The notes: generated by a model not told the origin, from the sequence alone. A DNA stretch of 64,000 bases from an uncultured Pseudomonadales bacterium (GCA_964495475.1 CAZBVY010000001.1:4239-68238); one strand, 5' to 3'. Shown: positions 48,421-59,727, numbered from the stretch's first letter. Program-made: numbers and translations.

Positions 48421-49413
48421 TTAAGAAACTTCAGTTGAATCATATTCCCTACTTAAACCACTGTATTGAGAAGCATAAGCAATTTGTAAATATGGATCCT
48501 TATGGTTGGCTATTTTAAAAACATCGTTTCCGGCGGATTTTTTGATCAAATCAATACTAGCTTGATCAATGGCAACTGGATTATCTCCATACAGTACACC
48601 CACATCTTCTGCTAACTTAGGACTATCACAATTAGAACAATCACAGAACTGAACAACTTTTTTAATAACGTTAATGTAAAAAGTATTTTTTGGCATTAAT
48701 TTAACTGCCGACATAGCTCCCATCGCCAAAGCTTCATCAAATATTTTTAACTTTGGTTTGAGTGCTAAATGAGGACATTGTATTTGACAGATTGAACAAC
48801 CATAGCACTTGTCATAATCAACTGTCATTTTGCCATTTTTAATTTCAATTGCTTTGGCTGGACATAAATTTGCACAGGTTCCGCATCCAACACATAAATT
48901 TTCTTCCAATACTGGTTTAGCACTGTCATGAATAAAAGATTTGCTTTTGGCTGACAGCGCTCCCATACCTAAATTTTTAATTGCTCCCCCAAAACCCGCG
49001 CATTCATGGCCCTTAACATGACTTAAAACAATTAAATTTTTACTTTCTGCTAAAACTTTGGCTACTTCAAAATCTAAACCACCAACTTTTTGTACGACAT
49101 ACTCATCTTCAATGAGAAACTTACTTAATTGATCAAAACCATGTTTTACGACAACTTTTTCATAACCAATTTTACTATCACGTGGTGAATGATAAGTTAC
49201 CGGAGTGTCTACTAATAGCGTCTCAAGGCCCAAATCAGTTAATATTTTCAGTAATGGTTTCACATCTTCTTTAGTAAAAGCATTTGGATTTCCCGGCTCT
49301 CCAAAATGCATCTTAATGACCACTGGTGAATTTTTACTGAAACGACTGGCAAAATCTTCTTTCAAAAAATCTTCTTGAAAATCAAATTTATTGGAAAATT
49401 TTAGATGAGTCAT
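48421..49413 (-). CDS. DUF362 protein with two 4Fe-4S ferredoxin-type motifs
   Basis: CVGCGTCANLCP and CYGCSICQIQCP cysteine motifs. Confidence 0.65.
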   Translation of the reverse strand: MTHLKFSNKFDFQEDFLKEDFASRFSKNSPVVIKMHFGEPGNPNAFTKEDVKPLLKILTDLGLETLLVDTPVTYHSPRDSKIGYEKVVVKHGFDQLSKFLIEDEYVVQKVGGLDFEVAKVLAESKNLIVLSHVKGHECAGFGGAIKNLGMGALSAKSKSFIHDSAKPVLEENLCVGCGTCANLCPAKAIEIKNGKMTVDYDKCYGCSICQIQCPHLALKPKLKIFDEALAMGAMSAVKLMPKNTFYINVIKKVVQFCDCSNCDSPKLAEDVGVLYGDNPVAIDQASIDLIKKSAGNDVFKIANHKDPYLQIAYASQYSGLSREYDSTEVS

Positions 49414-49455
49414 ATCTTTGTTAGAATAGCACGTGGTTTATAATTACTAATCATG

Positions 49456-51009
49456 TCATTGAATAGGTCTAAATTCAATCGTTGTACTTCCAAACATTTT
49501 TTTCTCACCAACCGGTGCAAGTCTATCTTGTTCTGCAATGAATAAATCTCTGGTAATTTGTGGAACAATATCAAGATTTGGCTCTATAATTGTAAAGTGA
49601 ATTTTTGTTCTACTCACATCATCTCTAAGCAATAATTCTTCACCAAATAAACCCATTTGATCTGGACCTACAAAAGTTGGTTTATATCCATATTTTTTCT
49701 GACCATACCAATCATATAAATACGCCCAAGTTATGTAATATCCATTCGGATTTGTAAATGCAGAAAAAGTAAAATTTTCCCCATTTGCCTTCAAATAAGT
49801 GTAATCAATTAGAGATAATTGATTTGCTAAATTTGTACCTTTTTGAGGTGAAAAAATACTACTAGCCATAGTTTTATGAATCCTAAGCATCATTAGGTTG
49901 CTAAATAAATAGGTACTAATAAGCATTGTCGCAATAATTTTTGGAATTAAACCATTTTTTTTCCAAATTTGAAAAACTTGAAAAGATAAAATTAAGATCA
50001 TTGCTACTTCTAAAGACATGAGAATATGAATACTTCCTCTTGGCTCAATGAAAAAAAGCCAAAATGGTCCAAAAATCCAAGAAAGCAAAAATATTCTATT
50101 GGTTTTTGGCAATTGAGAAAAACCATTTATTGAAGCAACGAATATTATGAATGCAACTACTGGTGTATAGGGACCTATGGTTTGAATTGCTTTCAATAAG
50201 TAATTATTAAGTAAAGGCAAAAGCACAGATATATTAGTAATTTTTTCTGAAAAATTAAATCCATTGGTTAAAAATACTCCATTCTTCCATAACATAAATT
50301 GACCAATTAATATTGAAGAAACAAACAAAAATAATATTGATAAAAATATAATATTATTTTTCTAATTCTTTAAAATACTTTTTTTTGAAAAATGATTATA
50401 GTTATATAACAAAGCTACTAATAAGGTTCCAAAAAGATAAACTAACCATAAAGCAGATTGTAAAGAAACCCCCATGGCTATTGCTAATGGAATTACGAAA
50501 GATTTATTATTTTTGAAACCAACTTCCCAAAGACTCCAATAAAAGATTATTAATGGCATAACAGCTAAAGATGGATTTGACAGCCAATATGAAAGTTGAA
50601 TAATTTCTACTGAAAATATATATCCAAAAACTGTAATCCATGCAATTGCTTTTGATGAAAAAAATCTTTTAGAAAAATAATAAAGCGGAATTACTCCAAT
50701 GCACCCCAAAAATGACAGCGCCATTGCTGGAATCATTGGATTTCCATGACCGAAATAATAAAGTGGAGCTAAAAAATAATAATAAAGCACTCCATGATAG
50801 ACAGCGTCATTAGTACCACTTGCTGATGGACCTAAAACCTTAAAGTCACCATTTTCTATAATTTGCCTTGAAACATGAGCATCTCTACTTTGATCAAACC
50901 AAAAAGTAATACTGTTATTTTTCATTGATAACCATCCAATGAAAAATGCTAGCAATGTTGTAATAATTAATAATAAAATTGTTGTACGCTGATTGTATAA
51001 AATTTTCAT
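49456..51009 (-). pseudogene. GT-C-like membrane protein paralog interrupted by one in-frame TAG (ORFs 50362-51009 and 49456-50328)
   Basis: Both ORFs are in the same frame. The stop at 50362-50364 is TAG. The combined length of about 505 aa matches the 504-aa neighbour paralog. Confidence 0.55.
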
Positions 51010-51016
51010 AAATTTT

Positions 51017-52531
51017 TTACCTAAATTCTAATCCTCGTACTAAATTAGGATCCACTGGCTCGTTTAAGGTTTTTTCATCTAATAAATATTTTTCCAGAAC
51101 ATATCCATATGGATAAAACTTAGTATAAGTTGATTCCATATTAATGTTTATTTTGCTAGTTTGCCAATGACTAGAAGTTGACCAAGGATTGTCTGGATTA
51201 TCGGCGGATTTAATTAAAATCGTTGTGGGTTGTTTGACAAAGTGTGCCCCTTTTAAGTTTGGATTTTCTTGTTGATGAAAAGCAAAAGCATATTTAAGTG
51301 GATAAGCAAACTGATCCTGTGAATAAAGAAAGTAGCCAACCCCTTGTTCGCTTAAGCTATCAGCAGCAATATTGGATAATAGTTTCCAAGAAGAACTATT
51401 AAAACGATCTGGACTATATGAAAAATTACCACGACTTTGAAAAATAGAAAAAAAAGTCAAAATGATTAATAAATATTTAGCAACTGATGATTTGCTAGCT
51501 ATCACTCCAACTGTTAATAAAAGAATGCTCACGAACGGATCAAAATAAAAACTCCAGATAGTTCCAGAAAAAGCCAATGTTAGTATCCACCAAGAAAAAT
51601 ACCAATAAATAGTCGTAAAATAAAATTTTTTGAGTTCTTTGTTTGAGTGGCGCCAAGCTAAAAACGAAAAAACAAACCAGATCAATAAATTCAGCCACAA
51701 ATTTTTTAAACCAAACAAATTTATACCATTATAGAAAGCCAGGCTTATTCTTTCAGTTAATCTCAGATAAAAACTCATATCTGATTTGGCTGTTTGTATA
51801 TATGTTAAAAAAGAATTAGTTTGTAAAAAATCATGTCTTAAATCAAAAATAATGAAAGTGAAAAAAGGTAAAATAAAAAAAAGCGGAGCAAATAGTTGCG
51901 ACCACTTTTTTTCTTTAATAATTTTCCATAGAAAAACAAGTCCCCAACTCAAAGCTAGTGGCACTATGAAAGCCATCTGAAATTGAGCCAATAAACCCAT
52001 AGTTAACCATCCGATAGCAGCTAGTTTAATGCTTGGTTTTTGGTGCCACCGCCAAAATAAAATGAATGGTACAAAAGCAAATAGATTAGCAAAAAAAATA
52101 TTTGTTGGACCAGCGGCTCCAGGAAGTTCCAATAAAATAAAGCAAATTGTTAATAACAAACTGATGGTGAGATTTTTAATCAACGAGTGACTAATAAATA
52201 AAAACAAAATTGCAACAAATAAAACTACTGTGAACCAAAACCAACCCATTAATAATGGATCCCCATGACTTAAAATAAAAGGAATTAAATAAATATAATA
52301 CCAAAGTGCACCATGAAAAACTCCAGGAATACTAGATCTAGGACCAATCAGAGTAACTTGTTTATTTTCAACCATTTCGCGCACAACCAATAAATCTCTA
52401 GCGACATCAGTATGAATTAGCACATCACCGTGCCAAAGATAAGAGGACATTATTACTACTAAGGCAATTAATACTAAAGCTAAAAAATATTGAAATAAAG
52501 ATAATTTACGAAACAATCTAGACACCATCAA
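51017..52531 (-). CDS. multi-TM membrane protein, GT-C-like paralog
   Basis: 504 aa with the same N-terminal motif family. Confidence 0.55.
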   Translation of the reverse strand: MMVSRLFRKLSLFQYFLALVLIALVVIMSSYLWHGDVLIHTDVARDLLVVREMVENKQVTLIGPRSSIPGVFHGALWYYIYLIPFILSHGDPLLMGWFWFTVVLFVAILFLFISHSLIKNLTISLLLTICFILLELPGAAGPTNIFFANLFAFVPFILFWRWHQKPSIKLAAIGWLTMGLLAQFQMAFIVPLALSWGLVFLWKIIKEKKWSQLFAPLFFILPFFTFIIFDLRHDFLQTNSFLTYIQTAKSDMSFYLRLTERISLAFYNGINLFGLKNLWLNLLIWFVFSFLAWRHSNKELKKFYFTTIYWYFSWWILTLAFSGTIWSFYFDPFVSILLLTVGVIASKSSVAKYLLIILTFFSIFQSRGNFSYSPDRFNSSSWKLLSNIAADSLSEQGVGYFLYSQDQFAYPLKYAFAFHQQENPNLKGAHFVKQPTTILIKSADNPDNPWSTSSHWQTSKININMESTYTKFYPYGYVLEKYLLDEKTLNEPVDPNLVRGLEFR

Positions 52532-52594
52532 ATTTTACATCATCAAGTAAACTATTGGCAAATCTTAAGTTTTTATTCCCCTCAATCCTTTTTT

Positions 52595-53287
52595 ATGTTA
52601 CTATCAAATCCTATGTCTATTATTGATCAAATTATTACTTGGCTAGAACATTTATCACAAACTATTAATTTACAACTCTTTGTGGTAATTGGTTCATTTT
52701 TGGAAGAAATTATTGCTCCTATTCCTTCACCTTTTGTCATGACTACTACTGCTGCTTTAGCTCAAGCGCAAAATTATGTATTTTTACAATTAGCAACAAT
52801 TGTAATTGTTGCTTCTCTAGCTAAAACAGTCTCCAGTTTCTTAATTTATCTAGCTGCCGACAAACTAGAAGATGTGGTAGTTGGAAAACTAGGTAAATAT
52901 ATTGGTGTCAGTCACAAGCTAATTGAACAAATTGGCGGATTTTTAACTGGCACTTGGGTGGATGATTTTTTAATGATTTTGGCTAGAGCTTTACCTTTTA
53001 TTCCTACTAGCCTAGTTTCGGTGGGAGCTGGAGTGATTAAATATCATAAAAAATCTTTTGTGATCACTACTTTTCTTGGAGTAATGATTAGAAATGCTTT
53101 TTATTTATGGGTAGGTTATGTAGGCATTACACAACTTGAACACATTTGGCAACAAGTTAAAGGTAATCCTCTTTTAATGGCCATCCTAATCATCGTTTGT
53201 CTATTAGTGCTATATTCTTTACTCAAAATTAAAGATCATTTATTTGAAAAAATGATGAATCTTAAAAAAGATAAAGCTAAAAAATAG
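52595..53287 (+). CDS. DedA/VTT-domain membrane protein
   Basis: VTT-domain pattern with conserved G and E residues. Confidence 0.55.
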   Translation: MLLSNPMSIIDQIITWLEHLSQTINLQLFVVIGSFLEEIIAPIPSPFVMTTTAALAQAQNYVFLQLATIVIVASLAKTVSSFLIYLAADKLEDVVVGKLGKYIGVSHKLIEQIGGFLTGTWVDDFLMILARALPFIPTSLVSVGAGVIKYHKKSFVITTFLGVMIRNAFYLWVGYVGITQLEHIWQQVKGNPLLMAILIIVCLLVLYSLLKIKDHLFEKMMNLKKDKAKK

Positions 53288-53296
53288 TTAAAAATT

Positions 53297-54331
53297 TTAT
53301 TGAATAATTCCGCCACCAAGCACAACATCTCCTTGATAAAAAACTGCTGACTGACCGGCAGTTACCGCTCGTTGTGGAGTTTTAAATTCAATTTTAAATA
53401 AATTTTTATCCTGTGGAATAATCACTGCATCTGCTTCTTTAGCTCCATATCTAATTTTTACGCTAACTGAAGTTGATTCGATTAATTGGTCTACTGGAAT
53501 AAAATTCACATTTTTTACTATTAAACTTTTAAATAAAATATCTTCTTCTTCACCTAGAACAATTTCGTTGTTTACTACATTAATCTTAGAAACAAAAACT
53601 GGCTTACCAGTCGCTATTCCCAAACCTTTGCGCTGACCAATGGTGTATTTATAAATACCTTTATGTCGACCTAAAATATTTCCCTGTCTATCAAGAAAAT
53701 TACCATAACGCATTTTGATGCCAGTTCTTTTTTCGATAAATTCAGCATAATTATTATTAGTGATAAAACAAATATCCTGGCTATCTGCTTTATTAGCTAC
53801 TTCTAGATTAAAATCCTGAGCTATTTTTCTAACCTCACTTTTATCATAATCAGCCAAAGGGAACATTATATTAGATAGTTGCTGTTGAGTTAAATGATAA
53901 AGAGGATAAGTTTGATCTTTATTACTGCTTAGACTCTTTTTGAGTAGATAGCGATTTTTTTCCTTAACAATTTTGGCATAATGACCAGTAGCAAGATAGT
54001 CTGCTCCCATTGATTTGGCCCAATCAAGTAGAGCACCAAACTTAATATGATGATTACAAGTCACGCAAGGATTGGGAGTTCTGCCTAGCAAATACTCGTT
54101 AGTAAAATAAGTAATTATTTCTTGTTCAAAAACTTTTCTAAGATCAACGACATGATGAGGAATGTTTAATCTCTTAGCTATTAATTGCGCATCTTTAATA
54201 GCAAGATCTTGAGTGTCTTGCCAAACTTGCATTGTTACTCCAAACACATCGTAGCCTTGCTTTTGTAATAAAGCTGCCACTACAGAACTATCAACACCAC
54301 CACTCATCGCCACTGCAATTTTTTGTTTCAT
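53297..54331 (-). CDS. mnmA: tRNA-specific 2-thiouridylase
   Basis: PP-loop SGGVDSS and catalytic Cys context. Confidence 0.85.
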   Translation of the reverse strand: MKQKIAVAMSGGVDSSVVAALLQKQGYDVFGVTMQVWQDTQDLAIKDAQLIAKRLNIPHHVVDLRKVFEQEIITYFTNEYLLGRTPNPCVTCNHHIKFGALLDWAKSMGADYLATGHYAKIVKEKNRYLLKKSLSSNKDQTYPLYHLTQQQLSNIMFPLADYDKSEVRKIAQDFNLEVANKADSQDICFITNNNYAEFIEKRTGIKMRYGNFLDRQGNILGRHKGIYKYTIGQRKGLGIATGKPVFVSKINVVNNEIVLGEEEDILFKSLIVKNVNFIPVDQLIESTSVSVKIRYGAKEADAVIIPQDKNLFKIEFKTPQRAVTAGQSAVFYQGDVVLGGGIIQ

Positions 54332-54549
54332 TTTTTCTTCACAACTTTTTTATTTAATTCTTGTATTAATTCTTCTATTTCATCTTCTTCTAAACCATGA
54401 GACATGGCTCCAGCTTCTAAAGTATCATAACCAGCGGCATAACAATCACCACAATAAAGACCATATTCATAAAGCACATCATTCATTTCTGGATTTTGTT
54501 CAATAAGTTCAGCAATGTTAGTGTTCTTATTAATTGTTTTCCTGTTCAT
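54328..54549 (-). CDS. DUF1858 redox-disulfide small protein
   Basis: CGDC motif in the ...LYEYGLYCGDCYAA context. Confidence 0.5.
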   Translation of the reverse strand: MNRKTINKNTNIAELIEQNPEMNDVLYEYGLYCGDCYAAGYDTLEAGAMSHGLEEDEIEELIQELNKKVVKKK

Positions 54550-54919
54550 ATTGATTAATAGCTTCCTGCAAAGCCTTGAGTGTTAAAGTTGCGCAAGCAA
54601 TGCGACTAGTACTTAAATTTAAGTCAATTAATTCTAACAATTTTTTTTGATCAATTTTTTTAATTTCTTCAATAGATTTGCCAATAATTTCTTCTATTAA
54701 GAATTCTGCTCCAATAATACTAACAAAACACAAGCTCCCCTCAAATTTAGCATCTTCAATAATATTGTTTTTTATTTTTAAAGTTAAATGAAGTTGATCA
54801 CCACAAAAAGCATTATGTTTTTCTAAAACTACAGATGGATCAGTAAGATGACCCCTATGAATTGGGTCTTTATAAATTTCCATTAACTCACTGCGATAAA
54901 GATCATCCATAATAAGCAA
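54530..54919 (-). CDS. sufU: SufU/NifU-like Fe-S scaffold
   Basis: NAFCGDQ motif and conserved Cys residues. Confidence 0.65.
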   Translation of the reverse strand: MLIMDDLYRSELMEIYKDPIHRGHLTDPSVVLEKHNAFCGDQLHLTLKIKNNIIEDAKFEGSLCFVSIIGAEFLIEEIIGKSIEEIKKIDQKKLLELIDLNLSTSRIACATLTLKALQEAINQYEQENN

Positions 54920-56117
54920 TTGCCTTTTCTAAATTATTAAGTAAAGATTTTAAATCTTGTTCATTATTATATAAATAATAGGAAGCTCTAAGCGTTGCTC
55001 CACAATGATGACTCTGATGAAGTGGCATGCTACAGTGAAAACCAGCTCTAAGAGCCAAACTTTTTTTAGCTAAAAAATCATTTAAATCATGAGCGTGAAT
55101 GCCATTAACGTAAAAAGAAACTAAACCAGTGCGCTCCATGGCATTGGCCGTACCTAATAATTTCACTTGTTTTATTTTTGATAAACCATTTAATAAATAT
55201 TCACTTAACTTAATTTCATGTGCTCTAATTTCTGCCAAACCAATTTTAGATAAATAATTTATCGCTTCTACTAAAGTAGTCGCCCCTTCGACGTTGGGCG
55301 TGCCTGCTTCAAACTTTTCTGGATATGAAGCATAAATAGTTTTGTCCATAGAAACTGACTCAATCATTCCACCGCCTAATTGGTAGGGAAACATTTTAGC
55401 TAAAATTGTTTCTTTAACATATAGCACCCCAATACCCATTGGACCTAACATTTTATGTCCACTAAAAGTGTAAAAATCACAATCTAAGTCTTGCATGTTC
55501 ACTGACAAATGCGGAACAGCTTGTGCACCATCAACCACCAAAACCGCCCCAACATTGTGAACCATTTCGGCAATTTTTTTAATATCATTGATTGTTCCTA
55601 AAACATTGGAGGCGTGAGCAATAGCTACTATTTTGGTTTTTTTATTTAATTTATTTTGCCATTCCTTTTGACTAATAAAGCCTGATTCATCGCTATTTAA
55701 AATTTTTAAACTGGTGCCGGTTTTTTGACAAACCATTTGCCAAGGTAAAAAATTGCTATGATGTTCAAAATCAGCGACTAAAACTTCATCGCCATTTTTT
55801 AAACTTTCCAAAGCAAAGCTTTGCGCCACTAAATTTAATGATTCAGTCGTACCCTTGGTAAAAATTATTTCTTTGCCAGTTTTAGCACCAATAAAATTAG
55901 CTACTGCTTGTCTCGCTAAATCATAAGCTTCGCTAGCCTGTTCACTGAGTGGATAAACACCGCGATGCACATTAGCGTTTTCATTACTATAAAATTTAAC
56001 AATTCTATCAATTACTATTTGTGGTTTTTGGCTAGTGGCCGCATTATCCAAATAAATTAATTCTTGGTGATTATTAAAAATGGGAAAATCTTTTTTTATT
56101 TTTAGAGCATCTAACAT
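54903..56117 (-). CDS. sufS: cysteine desulfurase
   Basis: PLP Lys context SGHKMLGPMGIGVLY; class-V aminotransferase fold. Confidence 0.85.
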   Translation of the reverse strand: MLDALKIKKDFPIFNNHQELIYLDNAATSQKPQIVIDRIVKFYSNENANVHRGVYPLSEQASEAYDLARQAVANFIGAKTGKEIIFTKGTTESLNLVAQSFALESLKNGDEVLVADFEHHSNFLPWQMVCQKTGTSLKILNSDESGFISQKEWQNKLNKKTKIVAIAHASNVLGTINDIKKIAEMVHNVGAVLVVDGAQAVPHLSVNMQDLDCDFYTFSGHKMLGPMGIGVLYVKETILAKMFPYQLGGGMIESVSMDKTIYASYPEKFEAGTPNVEGATTLVEAINYLSKIGLAEIRAHEIKLSEYLLNGLSKIKQVKLLGTANAMERTGLVSFYVNGIHAHDLNDFLAKKSLALRAGFHCSMPLHQSHHCGATLRASYYLYNNEQDLKSLLNNLEKAIAYYG

Positions 56118-56698
56118 AAGTAATCCTTAATTAGTTTACGCGCTGTTTCTACTTTAATTGAATCTAAAACTTTGTTAAAAAAAGCTTCTTCTAAAATTTT
56201 TTCTGCTTCAACTTTTTTAAAACCGCGACTCATTAAATAAAAAAGGTCAGCTTCGTCCAATCTGCTACTGCTAGCACTATGCGACGCTTTGACCTGATTA
56301 TTAAAAATTTCTAAAATTGGGCGAGAGCGATTATAAGTAGCTTTCCCCAATATTAAACTTTGTTCTTTCAAAAATGATTTGGTTTGAGAAGCTAAACGAT
56401 CAATATAAATTTGACCAAAATAATCGATTCTAGACTCATTAGATTGAGTCAAAAAAACTTCTGTTAAACAACTCGTCTTTGGCACCAAATGTCTCATATT
56501 ACTTTCGATTTGCCAACTACTTTTACTTTGCAATTTACCCAAAAAAAGCAATCTGCAATTAACACCGCTTTTTTTTAAAATTAAATCAACTTTTATTTTA
56601 CCTACACTAGTGTTTTTATCTAACAAAACTAAATAAAAAGTATCCACTTTTGCTTCTAGGATAAATTCAGTTTGTTTCTCTAATAGAACCATTTTCAT
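56111..56698 (-). CDS. sufD: short SufD-like Fe-S assembly protein
   Basis: Position between sufB and sufS; C-terminal SufBD-type helix. Confidence 0.5.
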   Translation of the reverse strand: MKMVLLEKQTEFILEAKVDTFYLVLLDKNTSVGKIKVDLILKKSGVNCRLLFLGKLQSKSSWQIESNMRHLVPKTSCLTEVFLTQSNESRIDYFGQIYIDRLASQTKSFLKEQSLILGKATYNRSRPILEIFNNQVKASHSASSSRLDEADLFYLMSRGFKKVEAEKILEEAFFNKVLDSIKVETARKLIKDYLC

Positions 56699-58107
56699 TA
56701 GCCCACACTCCCTTCCATTTCCAACTCAATCAGACGATTTAATTCAACAGCATATTCAAGGGGTAATTCTTTAACAATCGGTTCAATGAAACCTGCGACT
56801 AGTAGCGTCATCGCTTCAGTTTTAGTTAAACCACGACTCATTAAATAAAAAAGTTTTTCTTCTTCGATTTCGCTAACACTTGCCTCATGCTCCACAATGG
56901 CATTCTCTCCAGAAATTTTCATATCTGGGTAAGTACAAGTTGTAGAATCTTTGTCTAAAATTAATGCATCACATTCCACTTTACTTTTACTATTAGTGGC
57001 TGATTTAGCAATGTAAACCAAACCACGATAGTTGCTTTGTCCGCCACCAAGACTAACTGATTTAGCAATGATTTTAGAGGAAGTGTTTTTAGCTAAATGC
57101 AACATCTTTGCGCCAGTATCTTGAATTTGATTATTCTTAGCATAAGCAATGGAAAGCATTTCTCCATAAGCACCTTCTTCTGATAAATAACAACTGGGGT
57201 ATTTCATGGTGGTTTTGGCTCCTAAATTACCATCAATCCATTCCATAACACCATTTTTAAAAACTTTAGCACGCTTGGTCACAAGATTGTAAATATTGCC
57301 CGACCAATTTTGAATGGTAGTGTAACGAAAACGGGCATTTTTTTTCACAAAAACTTCTACTACTGCAGCATGCAATGAATATTCACTATAAACTGGTGCA
57401 GTACAACCTTCAACATAATTGGCGCTAGAGCCCTCATCAGCAATAATCAAGGTTCTTTCAAACTGACCCATGCGAGCAGCGTTAATACGAAAATAGCTCT
57501 GCAATGGCCTCTTAACATGAGTATTTGGTGGAATATAAACAAAAGAACCACCTGACCAAGCTGTGCTATTAAGAGCAGCAAATTTATTATCAGCAGGTGG
57601 AACTAATTTGCCAAAATATTCTTTAAAAAGATCGCTGTGTTTTTGTAAAGCCTCTTCCATCGAACAAAAAATTACTCCCTGCTCATCCAACTCTGCTTGT
57701 AATGAAGAATACGCCACTTCACTGTTGTATTGAGCCTTCACTCCAGCTAAAAATTCTTTTTCTGCCTGTGGAACTCCAAGACGATCAAAAGTATCTTTAA
57801 TTTCTTTTGGTACTTCATCCCAAGTTTTCTTTTCTACGTCAGTGTCTTTTATAAAATAGCGAATCTTCTCAAAATCTATTTCTGCTAAACTTGGCCCCCA
57901 ATTAGGCAATTTCATTTTTTTAAAAACTTGCAAAGATTTTTGACGGAATTCTCTCATCCAAGTTGGTTCATTTTTACTAATAGAAATATCAGTAATAATT
58001 TTTTGCGAAAGGCCAAAGTCAAAGCTCAAAACAGATTTTTCTGGCATCGCAAAACCAAATTTATCCGCATAAGCATCGTTGAGTTTTTTAAGATTTGCCC
58101 GCTTCAT
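56698..58107 (-). CDS. sufB: Fe-S cluster assembly protein SufB
   Basis: SufB beta-helix region motifs; 469 aa. Confidence 0.85.
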   Translation of the reverse strand: MKRANLKKLNDAYADKFGFAMPEKSVLSFDFGLSQKIITDISISKNEPTWMREFRQKSLQVFKKMKLPNWGPSLAEIDFEKIRYFIKDTDVEKKTWDEVPKEIKDTFDRLGVPQAEKEFLAGVKAQYNSEVAYSSLQAELDEQGVIFCSMEEALQKHSDLFKEYFGKLVPPADNKFAALNSTAWSGGSFVYIPPNTHVKRPLQSYFRINAARMGQFERTLIIADEGSSANYVEGCTAPVYSEYSLHAAVVEVFVKKNARFRYTTIQNWSGNIYNLVTKRAKVFKNGVMEWIDGNLGAKTTMKYPSCYLSEEGAYGEMLSIAYAKNNQIQDTGAKMLHLAKNTSSKIIAKSVSLGGGQSNYRGLVYIAKSATNSKSKVECDALILDKDSTTCTYPDMKISGENAIVEHEASVSEIEEEKLFYLMSRGLTKTEAMTLLVAGFIEPIVKELPLEYAVELNRLIELEMEGSVG

Positions 58108-58116
58108 GTAATATTT

Positions 58117-58848
58117 TTATGCCTTAAGAAAATTGGCAAAACCTTTTTTTTCAATTTTCTTAATTAAATCTGCTGAACCAGTTTTAATAATTTGCCCTTT
58201 ATTTAAAACGTGCACAAAGTCGATATTTAAAAAATTTAGAATTCTCGAATAGTGAGTAATTAATAAAACAGCAACTTGTTTTTCTTGTTTCAAATAATTA
58301 ACTGCATTTGCTACAGCCTGAATAGCATCGATATCTAAACCACTGTCAATTTCATCTAAGATAACTAGTTGTGGTTCCAAAACCAACATTTGTAAAACTT
58401 CCATTTTCTTTTTTTCTCCCCCTGAAAAACCATGATTCAAAGATCTTTTTAAGAGTTCTTCATTAAAATTTAGAATCGCCATTCTTTCTTTTAAGAATTC
58501 TTTAAATTTTAGTGGAGTAAGTTTTTTTTCGTGGCTAGTTTTATAAAGTAATTTCAAATAATCATAAACTTTCACTCCGGGAATTTCTAAAATTTGTTGA
58601 AAAGACAAAAAAATTCCAAGCTTAGCTCTTTGTTGTGGATCTAATTTCAATAAATTTTGTTTAGCAAAAATTATTTCACCTTTTACTAAATAATTTGGGT
58701 TACCCATAATACTTTGGGCTAAAGTACTTTTACCAGCACCATTTTGACCCATTAAAATATGTGTCTCACCTTTTTTGATTGATAAATCAATTTTATCCAA
58801 AATATTTTTTTTATTTAATGAAACTTGAACATTTTTTATTTTAAGCAC
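58117..58848 (-). CDS. sufC: Fe-S cluster assembly ATPase SufC
   Basis: Walker A GQNGAGKST, signature FSGGEKK, Walker B ILDE. Confidence 0.85.
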   Translation of the reverse strand: MLKIKNVQVSLNKKNILDKIDLSIKKGETHILMGQNGAGKSTLAQSIMGNPNYLVKGEIIFAKQNLLKLDPQQRAKLGIFLSFQQILEIPGVKVYDYLKLLYKTSHEKKLTPLKFKEFLKERMAILNFNEELLKRSLNHGFSGGEKKKMEVLQMLVLEPQLVILDEIDSGLDIDAIQAVANAVNYLKQEKQVAVLLITHYSRILNFLNIDFVHVLNKGQIIKTGSADLIKKIEKKGFANFLKA

Positions 58849-58866
58849 AAGAAATCCTTTAATAAT

Positions 58867-59148
58867 TTAGTTGGTGAAATGCATTTGTTTAAGCATGCAA
58901 ATTTTTTGATTATGTGGGCAATTTTTATTAACTTGGTAATAAATTTCTTTACCAATTCTTTGTTTTGATAATAGACCATCCGCTTCCATAGTTTTTAGAT
59001 GATAAGAAACAGTTGGTTGACTTAAGACAGTTTGTTCGACAATTTCTGAAACTGTTTTTTGTCCATGATCTTTAAGAAAAATAAAAATTTGCATTCGAGA
59101 ATTAACAGCTAAATTACTAAAGCAATGACTGCAAGAGGTGAATTTCAT
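58867..59148 (-). CDS. ArsR/SmtB-family HTH regulator (likely suf operon regulator)
   Basis: wHTH TVSEIVEQTVLSQPTVSYHLKTM. Confidence 0.6.
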   Translation of the reverse strand: MKFTSCSHCFSNLAVNSRMQIFIFLKDHGQKTVSEIVEQTVLSQPTVSYHLKTMEADGLLSKQRIGKEIYYQVNKNCPHNQKICMLKQMHFTN

Positions 59149-59207
59149 AACATATAGATCATAATCTATTTGTTATAAAACTTCAAGATGCGTAAAGATT
59201 AAAATTA

Positions 59208-59618
59208 CTATAGTAAATCGCCAATTTGAAAATCATTTAAATAACTTCTGGCTGTATTAGAATGAGGAGTACCAGAACCCATTGGGCGAGTATTAAACAA
59301 AATAGTAGCATCCTTACCACAACCTTCTAATATAGCTTCCTTACCTGGGTGCATACCACCAGCTATATATGAAGTAACATCATAAACTTTACCACTAATA
59401 GCAAACCAGCAACTATCTTTAGTATTGTGTTTTTCTATTTCAGCGAGAGAATATTTGTTTATTGAGGGAGACGGATTAGTTTTCTCTGTAACTTTTTCCG
59501 TTGGTTTTTCAGCTTTAGTTTCTGGTATTTCTTGCTGAACTTTTTTATTGGATTTTTGATAAAAATAAAAGGCAGGGATTAAGACCAATACTAACAACAG
59601 TGGAAGAATTTTTTTCAT
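59208..59618 (-). CDS. membrane-anchored cytochrome b5-like heme/steroid-binding domain protein
   Basis: SLAEIEKHN..DSCWFAISGKVYDVT...HPGK...GKDAT.LF pattern. Confidence 0.6.
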   Translation of the reverse strand: MKKILPLLLVLVLIPAFYFYQKSNKKVQQEIPETKAEKPTEKVTEKTNPSPSINKYSLAEIEKHNTKDSCWFAISGKVYDVTSYIAGGMHPGKEAILEGCGKDATILFNTRPMGSGTPHSNTARSYLNDFQIGDLL

Positions 59619-59727
59619 AAGTTACTTTTTATAATTTGTACTAATCTAACTTTTAACAAAAAAATATAAATAATACAACGACAACGTTGTCACACTTATT
59701 GCAAACCAGAGATGAAATACTATAAAA

